Counted from the stretch's first letter, positions 38,445 to 50,924 are shown. The stretch: 64,000 nucleotides of DNA from Malacoraja senta (GCA_038087875.1 CM075985.1:16616001-16680000), one strand, 5' to 3'. The notes: generated by a model from the sequence alone, not told the origin. Translations and numbers: made by a program.

Positions 38445-39653
38445 ACTCCAGCTCCAACATCTTCGAGGCCCACCTGTGGTACTCTCGCCCGGGTGATTAT
38501 TGATTTGGTGTTCAATGCATTTATTGTTTGAAGAACATTCTGCCCAAATCTGGCTTTTGGTTTCATGGAGTATTATTCATATTCCTCCACACAAGTCACC
38601 ATTGTTCACTGGTTTCAGCTACTGAAACTTCCATGATCATTCAGGCAACTGGCACACAAAATATTCTCTTCTATCTCTGTCTTATTAACATTGTTCTCCT
38701 GGTCTGTTACAGTTATTTTCATGTAAAGGTTATTATCACAAGCTGCGGGGCTGCGTCCTTCGTTAACTACTGGCCACAATGAAATATTACATATATACCA
38801 CATCTACATTTCATGGTTTTGTGCTGCATCAATAGTAAACAAAACATTCATATTTGGGTGGTGAATATATTTGAATTCATTATTAGATTGTATGTAGTAG
38901 CGCTGTTCTTGTTAGAGATATGATCATCTGTAACAAGAGCAGGAGACCTGCCCAATGGCAGCAATACAAATACAAACGATGCTACAGCACTTTGTCCCAG
39001 CAGAAATATCAATAGGTCTTCAAGCTATTGATATGTAGCTGTAGCAAAATACAGAATCCCAAAAATATTGAGTCGTGGAGTCTGAAATTTCACCCATTCC
39101 TTCTATTCAGGGATGCTGCCTGTCCCACTGAGTTCCTCCAGCATTTTGTGTCTATCTTCGCTTTTCAAGTCCACCTGTATTAATAAAATGATGTAAATAG
39201 ATTTCTCCATGAAACTAGTATAGTTCATTTCCTATTTCTCATTCATTATTTTGTGTCTGAAATCACTGAATCTGTGTATATTTTTTTGTGATTTTTTGTG
39301 TTAATGGACCTGTAATGCTGTAGCAAGTAAGAATTGCATTGTTCTGCTGCTGGTACATATGACAATTAAATGCTCTTGACTCTTGAATGCTGAGGTATAA
39401 TGCTGAGGTCACATGTATCAAGGTACAGGGGAAAGCTTTGTTTTGCATGCTATCCAAACAAATCAGATTTACTATACCAAAATATATTCAAGTCAACCTC
39501 AAGTACAATAGATAGAGCACGGGGAAGATACAGAGTGCAGAAGAAAGTTTTCAGCATTACAGCGCATCAGTTCCATGGACTGCCATTTCTGAGTTGCTCA
39601 AAATGGGACGATGAAGAGCATTCAGAGTGATTTGCACATGGTTTGACCTCTTA

Positions 39654-39833
39654 AGGGCCTGTCCCACTTACGCGATTTTTTTTGGCGACTTGCCGGCACC
39701 CGTCATAGTCGCAGCAGGTGGCCGAAAATGTTCAACATGTTGAAAATCCAGCGGCGACCAGAAAAAGGTACGACTCTTTGGGCGACTACTCACGACATGT
39801 CGCCGAAAAAATCGGGTAAGTGGGACAGGCCCT
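39654..39833. mobile_element. PIF/Harbinger-like MITE, 180 bp
   Basis: TIRs agggcctgtcccacttacgcgatttttt / aaaaaatcgggtaagtgggacaggccct; 3-bp TSD TTA at 39651-39653 and 39834-39836. Confidence 0.85.
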
Positions 39834-40649
39834 TTAGCCCTCCAGTTCGTAACTTTCCAGAAAGCAAAAAACGACTATCACTGATTTTCGTTGCAAATCC
39901 TAGGCCGATCAAAGCAGCTTGTCAATCTGGCAGCTAAACAATGGCTTTCCTCTAGAACGCCAATATGTGAGGCATTGACTCATGTTAGCCTCGCGCAAAC
40001 AATCGGAAACCAACAGGAGCTACCAACTGACAGTCTCATTACACTGGACATAGAATTTACAAACAACACCAGATTACTCGTCAGTAAACCACTAGCAATG
40101 GTACACAGATAGTAATCTTATTTTAAAAAATGATATCAGTGATCAAAGTCTTGGAATATGGGGGGTAGGAGAATATGCTGCACAAAATAAAATGATGGGA
40201 ACAAAAGGACAGGTAGTGAATCTCACGTGCTGATTAAATCTACTCACAGAATTCACATAAAGGGCCTGAACTTTGTAAACTGTTTTTTGGACATCCTTAT
40301 ACCCATGTCACCAATAACATCCATTTATTTCCCTATTCTTTAAAATCTAATAGTGCTGTTATCACACGGTCACTTCCATCAATCCTCATTCTTACTTAGC
40401 CCTATCAACTTTTCCACAGGATGGTCTAACTCTTTAGATGGTCTAACGCTGCTCACAGAGTGCTCCTTCCTCTCAATGTTTTCCATGGCCAGTCGTCGAA
40501 TCTACAAACTCTATCTTTCATACTCTGGGAATTGTTTGTAGTTGCTCATTTTGTGCACCATTTTTCAGCCAATATCCTAAGGTTTCAACTCAGTGGGTGA
40601 TAGGTTCACCAAAGCGCTAATCAACTGTTTATAAAAGGACGAAGATATA

Positions 40650-41520
40650 CAAATATGCTGGAGAAACTCAACGGGTGAGGCAGCATCTATGGAGCGAAGG
40701 AATAGGTGACGTATTGGGTCGAGACCCTTCTACAGACTGATGTGGGGGTGGGGCGGGGGGGAAGGAAAAAGGAAGAGGCGGAGACAATGGGCTGTGGGAG
40801 AGCTGGGAAGGGGAGGGGAAGGAGGGAGAAAGCAAGGACTACCTGAATTTGGAGAAGTCAATGGTCATACCGCTAGGGTGTAAACTAGCCAAGCGAAATA
40901 TGAGGTGCTGCTCCTCCAATTTGCGGTGGGACTCACTATGGCCATGGAGGAGACCCAGGACAGAAAGGTCAGATACGGAATGGGAGGGGGAGTTGAAGTG
41001 CTGAGCCACCGAGAGATCGGGTTGGTTAATGCGAACTGTGCGGAGGTGTTGAGCGAAGCAATCGCCAAACCTGCGCTTGGTCTCACCGATGTAGACCAGT
41101 TGACACCTAGGGCAGCAGGATGCAATAGATGAGGTTGGAGGAGGTGCAGGTCAACCTCTGTCTCACCTGGAAAGACTGCTTGGGTCCTTGGGTGGAGTTG
41201 AGGGGGGAGGTAAAGTGGCAAGTGTAGCATTTCCTGTGGTTGCAAGAGAAAGTACCAGGGGAGGGGGTGGTTTGGGTGGGAAGGGACGAATTGACGACTC
41301 TGACGAAAGCCGAAAGGGGAGGAGATGGGAAGATGTGGCCAATGGTGGGTTCCAGTTGGAGGTGGCGAAAATGTCAGAGGATTATCTGTTGTAGGTGATG
41401 GCTGGTAGGGTGGAAGGTGAGGACAAGGGGGACTCTGACCTCGTTACGAGTGGGGAGATGGGGAGTGAGAGCGGAGCTACGGGATATAGAAGAGAGCCTG
41501 GTGAGAGCCTCATCTATAGT
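40650..41520 (-). mobile_element. Penelope-like element 3' portion: GIY-YIG endonuclease plus terminal repeat
   Basis: Minus strand reads QGPKQSFQVRQRLTCTSSNLIYCI/CPRCQLVYIGETKRRFGDCFAQHLRTV...VAQHFNSPSH...RKLEEQHLIFRL with one frameshift. Downstream lies ctgtagaagggtctcgaccc...cgtcacc, the same sequence as the short elements. Confidence 0.9.
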
Positions 41521-42827
41521 TCATCTATAGACCCTTTCTTCAGATGGGTCTTGACCAGAAACATCACCCATTCCTTCTCTCCAGTGTTTCTGCCTGTCCC
41601 ACTAAGTTACTCCAGCTTTTTGAGTCGATCTTCAGTTTAAATCAGCATCTGCAGTTTCTACTTACACATTCTCCAGACATGCTGCCTGATCCTCTGAGTT
41701 ACTCGAACACTTTGTGTCCTTTTGTCAGAATGGTATGTTCTTCGAGTTGCTAATTAGTGCAAGATGTCTGCATTCACTCTTCCACCAATAAAATTAAAAC
41801 CTGACTAACTAGTCCTAGAATTTACATCATATCCACTTTAATCGAATCATCTCCATCCTGGCTCAGAATGACACTGATACTATCATTTGGGGGTAATAGT
41901 CTTCTATGGAAACTTGCACTTCAATTGGCAAAACAAAACAACAGGAGCCTGTTAATTAGCCATGAAATGCTCTGGGTTAACCAAAGGATTCATCTCGTGG
42001 TAAAATACAATGCAGCTTGTATTATATTTCATCTGACAGACCTGAACAACTAAAATCAATCCAAGAGTAAATTAGTGACCTAACTTCAATGATTTTGTGT
42101 CAATCACCAATTACTATGATTAACCTTTATGCTGGATCATTAATTTAAATGCTGAAACTAATTTAAGGGAAATAGAAACATACAGAATGTATAAAGAAAA
42201 CATATCCATTTCTATTGCTTGTCACTGCAGTCAATTGGTAAGCTTACATTTAAAATGGAAATTGTTTCGATAAGATTTGCACAGTTTGAATGTAACACCA
42301 AAGGCTCCTTCAATGCCATTCCCAGAGTGAGGTGATAATTGCAGTGTATGAAAGGTGCTTGCCTTACTGGTTCCTGCCTTCATTCTTCTCATCAGTTGCC
42401 AGGGTAGTGGGGAGAATATGGCATCCTCTCCACTCAAGCCCCATATTAAATAGACGGTTCCCTTGTCTAGCCAGTAGTTGACCTATTGCCAATGTCTTTG
42501 GCATCAAATCAAAGGTTATGGAAATAAGAAGTGGAATGGGATACACATTTTAATTGCATGCCTATTCCGTTCCTGCCAAGTTACGATCACCCCTGTGGTC
42601 CTGACAGGGTCCAATACCTGTGTTTTGGAGATGCTCTGTGATCCAAATCCAAACATTCAGCACAACTCATTTGGCTTTAGAAAAATCACAGCAATGGTAT
42701 TTTCTTCGGATCATTTACATTACTGTCAGGAGAAAGCTTCCACTCACTAAGCTAGCATGCAGTTAAATACACCAGGTTGATTGCAAATACATCAGATCAA
42801 CAGCATTGAGGCAGCAGATCAACCAAA

Positions 42828-42982
42828 TAGATAGATTCTTGATTAGTACGGGTGTCAGAGGTTATAGGGAGAAGGCAGGAGAATGGGGTTAGGAGGGACA
42901 GATAAATTAGCCATGATTGAATGGCGGAGTAGACTTGATGGGCCGAATGGCGTTATTCTGCTCCTATCACTTATGACCTTAT
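42828..42982 (+). mobile_element. CR1 3' tail
   Basis: gatagattcttgattagtacgggtgtcagaggtt...gggccgaatgg...(ttatgacc). Confidence 0.85.
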
Positions 42983-43364
42983 AACCAAATCTTGTTTTGT
43001 GGTCTTTCTGATGATTACAGAATCAGCACAATGCTTGGCAAACAAATTAGATTTTTAAATTTGAAATTTCTGCAATAAAACGTGGGACAGAAAGTTCTGG
43101 CTGAAACAAGGAACTCAACAAGACAAAGTGCATGAATGTTCTAGCATGTAAAGTGAATAATGCAGCAAATCAAACCAACCTCTATCTGTAAAAACAGCCC
43201 AAACAATGGACCAGAGAACCACATCTTAGGTTTAGCTCAAATTGGATATCACCAGCTTTGAAATTAATTGCCTCTCTGAAAAGGCCATACAGTGACTTAT
43301 GAATCATTAACATTGTATTTAATGCTGTCCATCCATACACAAGAAGGCGGAGAGACCAGTGGCA

Positions 43365-43675
43365 TTTAGTTCAGAGTTACAGCATAGAAGCAGGCCCTTT
43401 GGCCCACCAAGTCCATGCCAACCATTGATCACCCGTTCACATTGGTTCGAAGTTATCCCACTTTCTTGTCCACAGGGAGGCAATTTACAGAGGCCAATAA
43501 ACTTGCAAATCTGCATTTCTTTGGGGTGTGAGAGTGAACCAAAGCACCTGGAGGAAACCCATGTGGTCACAGGGAGAACGTGCAAACTCTACACAGATAA
43601 TATCTGAGGTCAGGATCGAACCCGGGTCTCTGGCACTGTGTGGCAGCGACTACCAGCTGCGCCACTGTGCAGCCC
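43365..43675 (-). mobile_element. HE1-like V-SINE, ~80 nt downstream of exon 7
   Basis: Head gctgcacagtggcgcagctggtag...gacccgggttcgatcc; V-domain; tail. Confidence 0.88.
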
Positions 43676-43753
43676 CATTTCAACATCATCAGTAAATTTC
43701 AATTCCCAGTGCCATTACAGTAGTTAAATATTCATTTTATAAACTTTATTTAC

Positions 43754-43885
43754 CTGGATAATACCTAGCCAGGCCGGTTGCACTTCCAAAAACCTGCCAC
43801 ATTAACGTAGGATCTTCCATCTTGTTATGCTTGAACACAGGCTCGAGTGCAGCTGTCCAGTCGAGTTCATTTAAAACAATAGTTG
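43754..43885 (-). CDS. CACNA2D1: alpha2delta-1 internal exon (human exon 7 equivalent, 132 nt, phase 1-1)
   Basis: Minus strand reads tttttcttttcag|CAACTATT...TATCCAG|gtaaat and translates x[43 protein letters not shown]. This matches recalled alpha2delta-1 [43 protein letters not shown]. Not in the ORF track. Confidence 0.95.
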
Positions 43886-44159
43886 CTGAAAAGAAAAAAA
43901 CACCCAGTCACTTATCAGGCTGTTACTCCAACAATCAAATCAAAGACAAAAATCCTGACGTCTTCTGGCAAATTATTTATGAACCGAGAACAGCACGGAG
44001 CCAATCTGCTATTATTAAGTCAAAGAGCTTCATAATGTGGTGCATAAATAGCCACATACCAACCCACACAACATGGTGTAAACATAGAGTAAGTGCTTGG
44101 GTAACTCAGTGAGAGAGAGAAAAAGTAAAAACTGTAATATTGTCCATGGGAAAGGCAAC

Positions 44160-44452
44160 TTTAGTTTAATTCAGAGATACAGAGCGGACACTGGCCCTTC
44201 AGTCCACACCGACCAGCGACCCCCGCACACCAACACTATCCCACACACACTAGGGACAATTTATAATTTTACCAAGCCAATTAACCTACAAACCTATACT
44301 TCTTTGGAGTGTGGGAGGAAACTGGAGATCCCGGAGAAAACCCATGTAGGTTATGGGGAGAACGTACAAATTCCATACAGACAGCACCCATAGTCAGGAT
44401 CGAACCCGTGTCTCTGGCAGCGAAAGGCAGCAACACTACCATTGCGACACTG
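44160..44452 (-). mobile_element. HE1-like V-SINE
   Basis: gacacgggttcgatcctgactatgggtgctgtctgtatgg; V-domain; tail. Confidence 0.88.
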
Positions 44453-44488
44453 TACATCTATCATGCAGAGATACATTGCTGAAACAAT

Positions 44489-44583
44489 CAGTCTGTAGAA
44501 GGGTCTCGACCCGAAAAGTCGCCTATTCATTCTCTCCATAGATGCTGCCTCACCCACTGTTCCTCCAGTATTTTTGTCTACCT
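44489..44583 (+). mobile_element. Penelope-derived 95-bp element with 13-bp TSD
   Basis: ttgctgaaacaat at 44476-44488 and 44584-44596; ctgtagaagggtctcgacccgaaaagtc at 44493-44520. Confidence 0.85.
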
Positions 44584-45384
44584 TTGCTGAAACAATGGTT
44601 TGGTTTTGCATTAGTTGAATGTAGCCTCGAACTGACATAAATCAATGTACTAACTTCACTGCTACACGGCAGGGAAAAAATAATGACTGCATCTTTCAAT
44701 GGGGACAACAGCATCACCAGAGAGTTTTCTAGATAAGCATCTCCATTTTTTTTATCACCAATAAATGACTCAAAATTGCAAAGTCTTGACAAGAACAATC
44801 TCAATTTTCCAATATATTTGAAATCAATAAAAGAGTCTTGTAGAACTGCTTTCGAAGCAGTGCAGATAAATATAAATAGGTGGCTATTTACTTGGCATGC
44901 TCTTCCAGTTATGTGATGGGCAACATGGAACACCTCATTTGTGGTGATCACCCAGTGCTATCTAACATTCTTTAGTTCATTGACATGGCATTGCAGTCAC
45001 TGGCAAGGCTGGCATGTATTGCCCATTCACTTGCACCCTTAAGAAGATGCCCGAGAATGTTCTGAACTATTAGAGTTCTCGTGGTCAAGGTTTTGCCAAA
45101 GTTCTGATAAGCAGGGAGTTCCTGGCTTTTGATCCATTGATAATGAAGAACTCATGATGTATTTTTAAGCCAGGATGGTGTGCAATAGGACAGGAACTTG
45201 TATGTGGTGGTGATTCTATGCACCGGCCATTGATTTACTTCCCGATTGCCACGGTTGTGGACTTTCAGTGGTGTTAAGGGAACTTTGGGGAGTTGTTCCC
45301 CAATGCATTTGAAGATGGCACAAACTGCATCAACTCCTGTTGAGCCTCTGGGCCACAAGCTTAACATCTTAAAATGCTTGAATG

Positions 45385-45725
45385 TAGAAACAAGGTACTG
45401 CAGTTGCTGGTTTACAAAGTGCTGGAGTAACTCAGCGGGTCAGGCAGCATCTATGCAGAACATGGATAGGTGACGTTTCAGGTCGAAATAAAGGTCTGGA
45501 TAATATGCAACTCTTTAAACCGCATATCCCACACCTCCTGCATTTATCTCTGGCCTGTGTTTCAACCATCTGCCCATTACAAAACCCCCTCGCCTGTTTA
45601 CACCTGTTATCTGCCATGCTTTGTCCCGCCTCTCATTTCTCACAGCTTTCTTTCCTCCCCCATACAATCAGTTAGAAGAAGGGTCTCAACCCAAAACATC
45701 ATCTATCCATGTTCTCCTGAGATCT
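45385..45725. mobile_element. Penelope-derived element, inverted arrangement
   Basis: Minus body gctggagtaactcagcgggtcaggcagcatc, then plus-strand pLTR ending agaagaagggtctcaacccaaaacatc. Confidence 0.7.
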
Positions 45726-46334
45726 TTTAAAGTTGTCCAAAGAGTAACATAGCATTTTCAAGCAAACACAGTTAATGATTTGCTAAATCGCAACCCGAAA
45801 CCTCACCTATCCATGCACCGATATGTTGCTTGAGTGACTTTGTGGTTTGATTTACAGAGTCAGCTTGGCAGCACCAAAATAAGCAAGGCCGTGAAGGAGA
45901 GGATTTTGGAAAGTAATATTTATGTAACTGAGTCTCTGAGAAAGGGATGGCAAACAGGTCTTTTGCCACATAATGTTCTGAGTTTGTGGCAATTTCCAAG
46001 ACAAGTTAATAAGAGTATGCACCTAATAAAAATGATGATTGGTGCTTCAGTAGATCTAACATGACATTTGAGCTGATTGTCTAGCAACACCAGCAAGACA
46101 AATGCACCACATTATGAAAAATAAATTCATTTTTTCTCATCTCCTCAAATTGCTTTCAAAAAACGAATCAGACATTTTGTGACTCCTCCACCTGTCACGC
46201 TGAAAAGAACTTCATGTCAAGCAATTCTTGCGTATAAATGTTACAGATGTTGTGCTGTTAAATAGCATAATTAATTTACAGGCGATAAGTTTTTACAAAG
46301 ATAATTAAGATAAATGACTAGTTCAACTAATTTA

Positions 46335-46570
46335 CTGATTTTTGGTTGAGCGATGAATGTTGGCAGGAACTTTGGCAAAGCAGCTGTAATTTATTTCTAA
46401 AACAATGAGTGGCCTGCAGTTTTTTTTTTATCTACTTGACCAAAGAGATCAGTTGTCGGTTTAACATATAATGCAAAATACATACTTTCTGCAAATACAG
46501 CCACAATCAGTTGTACCTTCAGTTTCTCTAGTCAGATTTAAATCAATGACTTTCCAACAGATTTGCAAGT
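46335..46570. mobile_element. Ancient Deu-domain SINE remnant (SacSINE/AmnSINE-like)
   Basis: ggttgagcgatgaatgttggcagga...atctacttga...tcggtttaacat resembles the Deu-domain consensus as recalled; heavily diverged. Confidence 0.35.
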
Positions 46571-46599
46571 GTCAATAACTTATATTTAAGAAATTGATA

Positions 46600-46970
46600 A
46601 ACACAAAGTGCTGGAGTAACTCAGCGAGTCAGGCAGCATCCCTGGAGAAATAGGATGGGTGACGTTTTGGGTCGAGACCCTTCTTCAGACTCAGCAAGGC
46701 CTGAACTGTATTTGCTTGAAAATGGTTTCAGTGACTCTTTGGACAAGAGGTGTATAAGATTATGAGTGGATTTGATACACTCATTTTTACCCAGTGTAGG
46801 GGAATGAAGAACCAGTGGACAGAGAGGACATTTCAGAATGAAGAAAGATTTTGACCTGAAGCATCACCCATCATTTTTCTCCAGAGATGCTGCCTGATCC
46901 ACTGAGTTACCCCAGCACTTTGGTATAAAGCATCTTTGGTATAAAGCAGCATCTGCAGTTCTTTGTTTTG
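46600..46970. mobile_element. Penelope-derived elements (- then +) around a small CR1 fragment
   Basis: Minus core ctgaagaagggtctcgacccaaaacgtc at 46661-46688; plus body at ~46835-46965. Confidence 0.75.
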
Positions 46971-47437
46971 TTCATTTTTAAAATTGTTTTAGTGTTTTTC
47001 AATTCAACAACTCAATGTATAGCAAATGCACCAGGATCATGGGAGATAGAAATCTTGTTTTGTTTCCTCCTTGACCTTTCTAATAATATTAACCTGCATC
47101 CCTGCAGATGTACAATATTGGAAATGATCTTTAACTGACCCCAAACTAGCACTTGGAACACATGCTGTTTTTTTTCCCATTGTGGCCCAGGGTACTGGCT
47201 CCAGCTGGGTGGCTGGCTCTGTGTCATCTGCAGAGCCCAGCAGAGAATTCACTTCCTTCCAGACAAATGTCAAGTTCCACTCACCGAATAGCTCGTCTCT
47301 GATCAGACTGCTAGTCAAACCTCCCACTGCAATGGAATTTAAAAAATACATATACCTTTTAAAAAATATTTTAATATCTTCCCAGTATGCAGACATTCCA
47401 CATAATATGGATAATGGAAAGTCATATTCAACCATAT

Positions 47438-47540
47438 CTTCAGTCTGAAGAAGGGTTTCGGCCCAAAACGTTGCCTATTTCCTTCGCTCCATAGATGCTG
47501 CCTCACCGGCTGAGTTTCTCCAGCACTTTTGTCTACCTCC
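47438..47540 (+). mobile_element. Penelope-derived short element
   Basis: ctgaagaagggtttcggcccaaaacgttgcc at 47445-47475. Confidence 0.8.
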
Positions 47541-49296
47541 AATATCAAAGTGACATTAAGGTTTCTAAAAATATATATATAATTTGTTTTTGTTTTTTAA
47601 ATAATATAATACTAAAGACTTTGCACACATACGCACACTAGTTGAATTAAATCAACTGAGATGTCTATTTTGAGCTCTCCCAGCAGCTATTTCTTCCAAT
47701 TAAATCAATGAGGCCATGCCAGAGGGCTAGCCTAAGGGCAAATCTCCCACTCAGAACTTTGAAGACCATGCTGAACTCCACAGGGAATGCAGATGGCTGG
47801 CAGCCTGAAGAGGATGCTGCTACCCGCAGAAGCCAATGCGGGTGCCAGACTGCAGCACATCTGCAAGAAGCAAGAACAAGTCCACCAAAAGTACAGGACC
47901 CTATGGCTATTTGATCTGCTTTATTTTTGTCTTTCAGCTTACCGTGTAACCAAACCTTTTGCCATGACGGCTGGATAAGTCTGAGGCCAATTCAATCTGC
48001 TGGCAATACAGCCATGAACGTGGTGCATGGAGGCTCAGCTACCATGCCGGTGAACTTGACTGGCTCCCTCTGCCATTGTCAAGCGCTGCAGAACCTTGAC
48101 AGAAAGGCTCAGAGTTGAGAGTTACAGCATGGAAGTAGGGAACTAAACAGGTTGACGATCTCCCAGTTAAACCAATGACATAAAACAGAACAGCAACACA
48201 TCTTTTAGCTTCTGAAATAGCAGGACCAGACTAAGCAAGCTGACACTAAACCTGCCAACCCACATTGCATAATCCTTGGCTCTAACCCATGGGACTATTC
48301 ACCTGTTCCATGCTGTGAAACCTACTGAAAAAACATTGTCCTTATTACTTGAACATATTCACACATCCTGAATAATCTGCTTTTGTAAGTAAACTTTTAA
48401 TTCAATGAAACTTAAACATCATGAAAAATCTGTAAATCGGCTAAATGCCTTTTCAATTTAATTATTTCTGCGCATATTTTAAATGAAGCCCGTGTTTCTA
48501 GAGATCACTAATGTAAAGACTTACATTGCTACTTCCAAAATAAAACTAATTCCAGAGGAATTTGGAAAACACAATTTTTAATGCCTCCACGATTTTTCTC
48601 CTGCTGAACGGTGGAACTGTTCTTCAATTTCTGGTACCTCCAGAATCCAGTGGAATTTGTTGCTTATCATTGTAAATCTATTTCTCCCAGCGACATCAAA
48701 ATACGCATCTTCCAGAGCAGCGGTGAGGGACATGTTAATGAACAGGCTGACACTGCAACCATAATTCATTTCAGCCAGCATCTCTGCCTCCCACAACCCA
48801 AATTAAAATCAAAAGACATTTAACAAAGTAAATCAGATTATTTTCAAGTATAGCAATAAAGCTCTCCACCTGATTGTATGAATGAAAGTTATTGCACGGA
48901 ATGGCTGGAAGCCAATAAGGTGGAAGTCAAATTCCAGTTCAAGGTAAGCGGATAAATAAAGAGATTCAACTAGCCTTTCGAGTAGCCTTTTCAATTGATC
49001 AAATTCTTTCCAAATTTTGTAGTGTATTTGTAGTGCTCAAAATATCTCTATTTCATCAACATTATGAGAGAGCTGAGTACACATAATGCATCCTTGTATT
49101 GTGTCTTTCAGTGGCAATAGATATTGATAAAGTACTGATAATAATGTATTGTTTAGTGTTAGTTTAGTTTATACAGCACGGAAAGGGAAACAGGCCCTTT
49201 GTCCCACCAAGTCCTCACTGACCAGCGATCCCCGCACATTAACACTATCCTACACACACTGGGGACAATTTTACATTTTTATACCAAGCCAAATAA

Positions 49297-50338
49297 TAGG
49301 TATGTTACAATACTTACCTTCAGCGGCGCTGCAATTCGGCCACTGGCCGTGTGCGCGATTTTGGCTCTTTGAGGGAGGGGGGGCGGGGTTAAAACGCAGG
49401 TATCTCCTACCTTGTCCTGGATTATATTTCGTTGGAGTGCAAGCTTTTGCTGAAGAATCGTTCCGACGGGCGTTCTGTGTTTTTTTTTTTTAATCGCCCG
49501 ACAAGTTCAGCGCTGGAGTAATTTAAAAATCAGCTTCTAAAGCCGTCAACGCCGACAACGGGGACGGATTTCACGCACGGGCCAGGTAAACGAAAGCCGT
49601 TTATTTTATGTATAAAAGTGCTCCTTAAGATGCCTTTAATTCACCTTTTAAGTTGCGAAACGGTGATTTTTCCCCCCATACGAACCGGCAGTATTTTTCA
49701 TGCCGATACGGGTTTAAATTCACCGCAACCGCAACGTTCCAAATGATCACGTTCCAGAAAAACCCACTCGCAAGATGATTTAAATGGCCATTAATTTACA
49801 GGTATTAAACATTAAATTCCTTCCATTTGGCCTATAAATCCATGACAATGAGATTTTAAAATCATGTTATCTTGTGAATTCTTGTGTGAATGTTATTTGG
49901 ACACTTAGGCTTTTTAAAAATGTTAATCTATTCTTAAGAAATTGATAGATGTTTAGATCTAGTAATTGAATTTTGTAATTAGCTACAATTAGGTAACTAA
50001 CCAATTATATGCTTTCATTTCATGTCGTATAAGTAAGATTGTTTCATATTTGTTTCAGAATGCTTCAATCTATAATAACTGAAAATTTCTTTCAGTTCTC
50101 TTAATTTTTAAGAAAGTTATGGGCTTTTGACTGTCCTCGATCACAGCTTTTGTGTTGTCAATGGAAAAGCAATAGGGAACAAGATGCTAATTCCCAAGTA
50201 TGAATATGGCCATAACTTTTTTAATACTGAAGATATTAAAGTGAATTAGGTGTCAAATTAAACTTCTTTTTATGCATTATCTGATGGGATAAATTACAGA
50301 ATTGATTTTTAAAATCTCAAAATTTTGTAACATTGCTA
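49297..50338. mobile_element. Non-autonomous TIR DNA transposon, 1042 bp, 7-bp TSD
   Basis: Termini TAGGTATGTTACAA / TTGTAACATTGCTA (14 bp, 2 mismatches); TSD caaataa at 49290-49296 and 50339-50345. Confidence 0.85.
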
Positions 50339-50486
50339 CAAATAACCTCCAAACCTGCGGAGTGTGGGAAGAAACTGATGATCCCAGAGAAAACACACGC
50401 GGTCACAGGAAGAACGTACAAACTACATACAGACATCACTTGTAGTCAGGATCGAACCCGGGTCTCTGGGGCTGTAAGCACTGTAA

Positions 50487-50870
50487 TGCCCCTGTCCCAC
50501 TTAGGAAACCTGAACGGAAACCTCTGGAACAGGTAGTGGAAGGTAAGACCTTTTTTTCACCAAGTTTTATTCCACCAGGGAGGTCTTACCTTCCACTACC
50601 TGCAACCTCCGGCAACCACCTTCAACTAGCATCGCAACCTGCTTCAACTAAAAAATTACCGATTTTTAAAACAGCAACCTATTTTTAGTCGTGGCCGGTT
50701 TTGAATTTTTTGAAATAATCGCCGGAACATAGAAGAAGCGGAAACCACTTTCGACCATTAGGGAGACTGACAAAAACCTCTGGGAACCTCCGGGAACCGC
50801 ACGGAAACCTTGGGTGGGGCGCAAAGTCTCCAGAGGTTTCCGTTCAGGTTTCCTAAGTGGGACAGGGGCA
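50487..50870. mobile_element. PIF/Harbinger-like MITE, 384 bp
   Basis: About 40-bp perfect TIRs tgcccctgtcccacttaggaaacctgaacggaaacctctgga; flanked by TAA/TTA at the SINE's ctgTAAggcagc site. Confidence 0.88.
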
Positions 50871-50924
50871 TTAGGCAGCAACTCTATTGCTGTGCCACCG
50901 TGCCGCCCCAAATTGATTGATTGA

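Larger units (their letters stand above)
49150..50908 (-). mobile_element. HE1-like V-SINE split by two DNA-transposon insertions
   Basis: Tail 49150-49296, middle 50339-50486 and head 50871-50908 join into a complete SINE once both inserts are removed. Confidence 0.88.

Noticed and set aside
38904-39033. Two small hairpins (tgttcttgtta/taacaagagca; atatcaatag/ctattgatat)
   Set aside because: Short AT-rich stems are expected by chance, and there is no other support.
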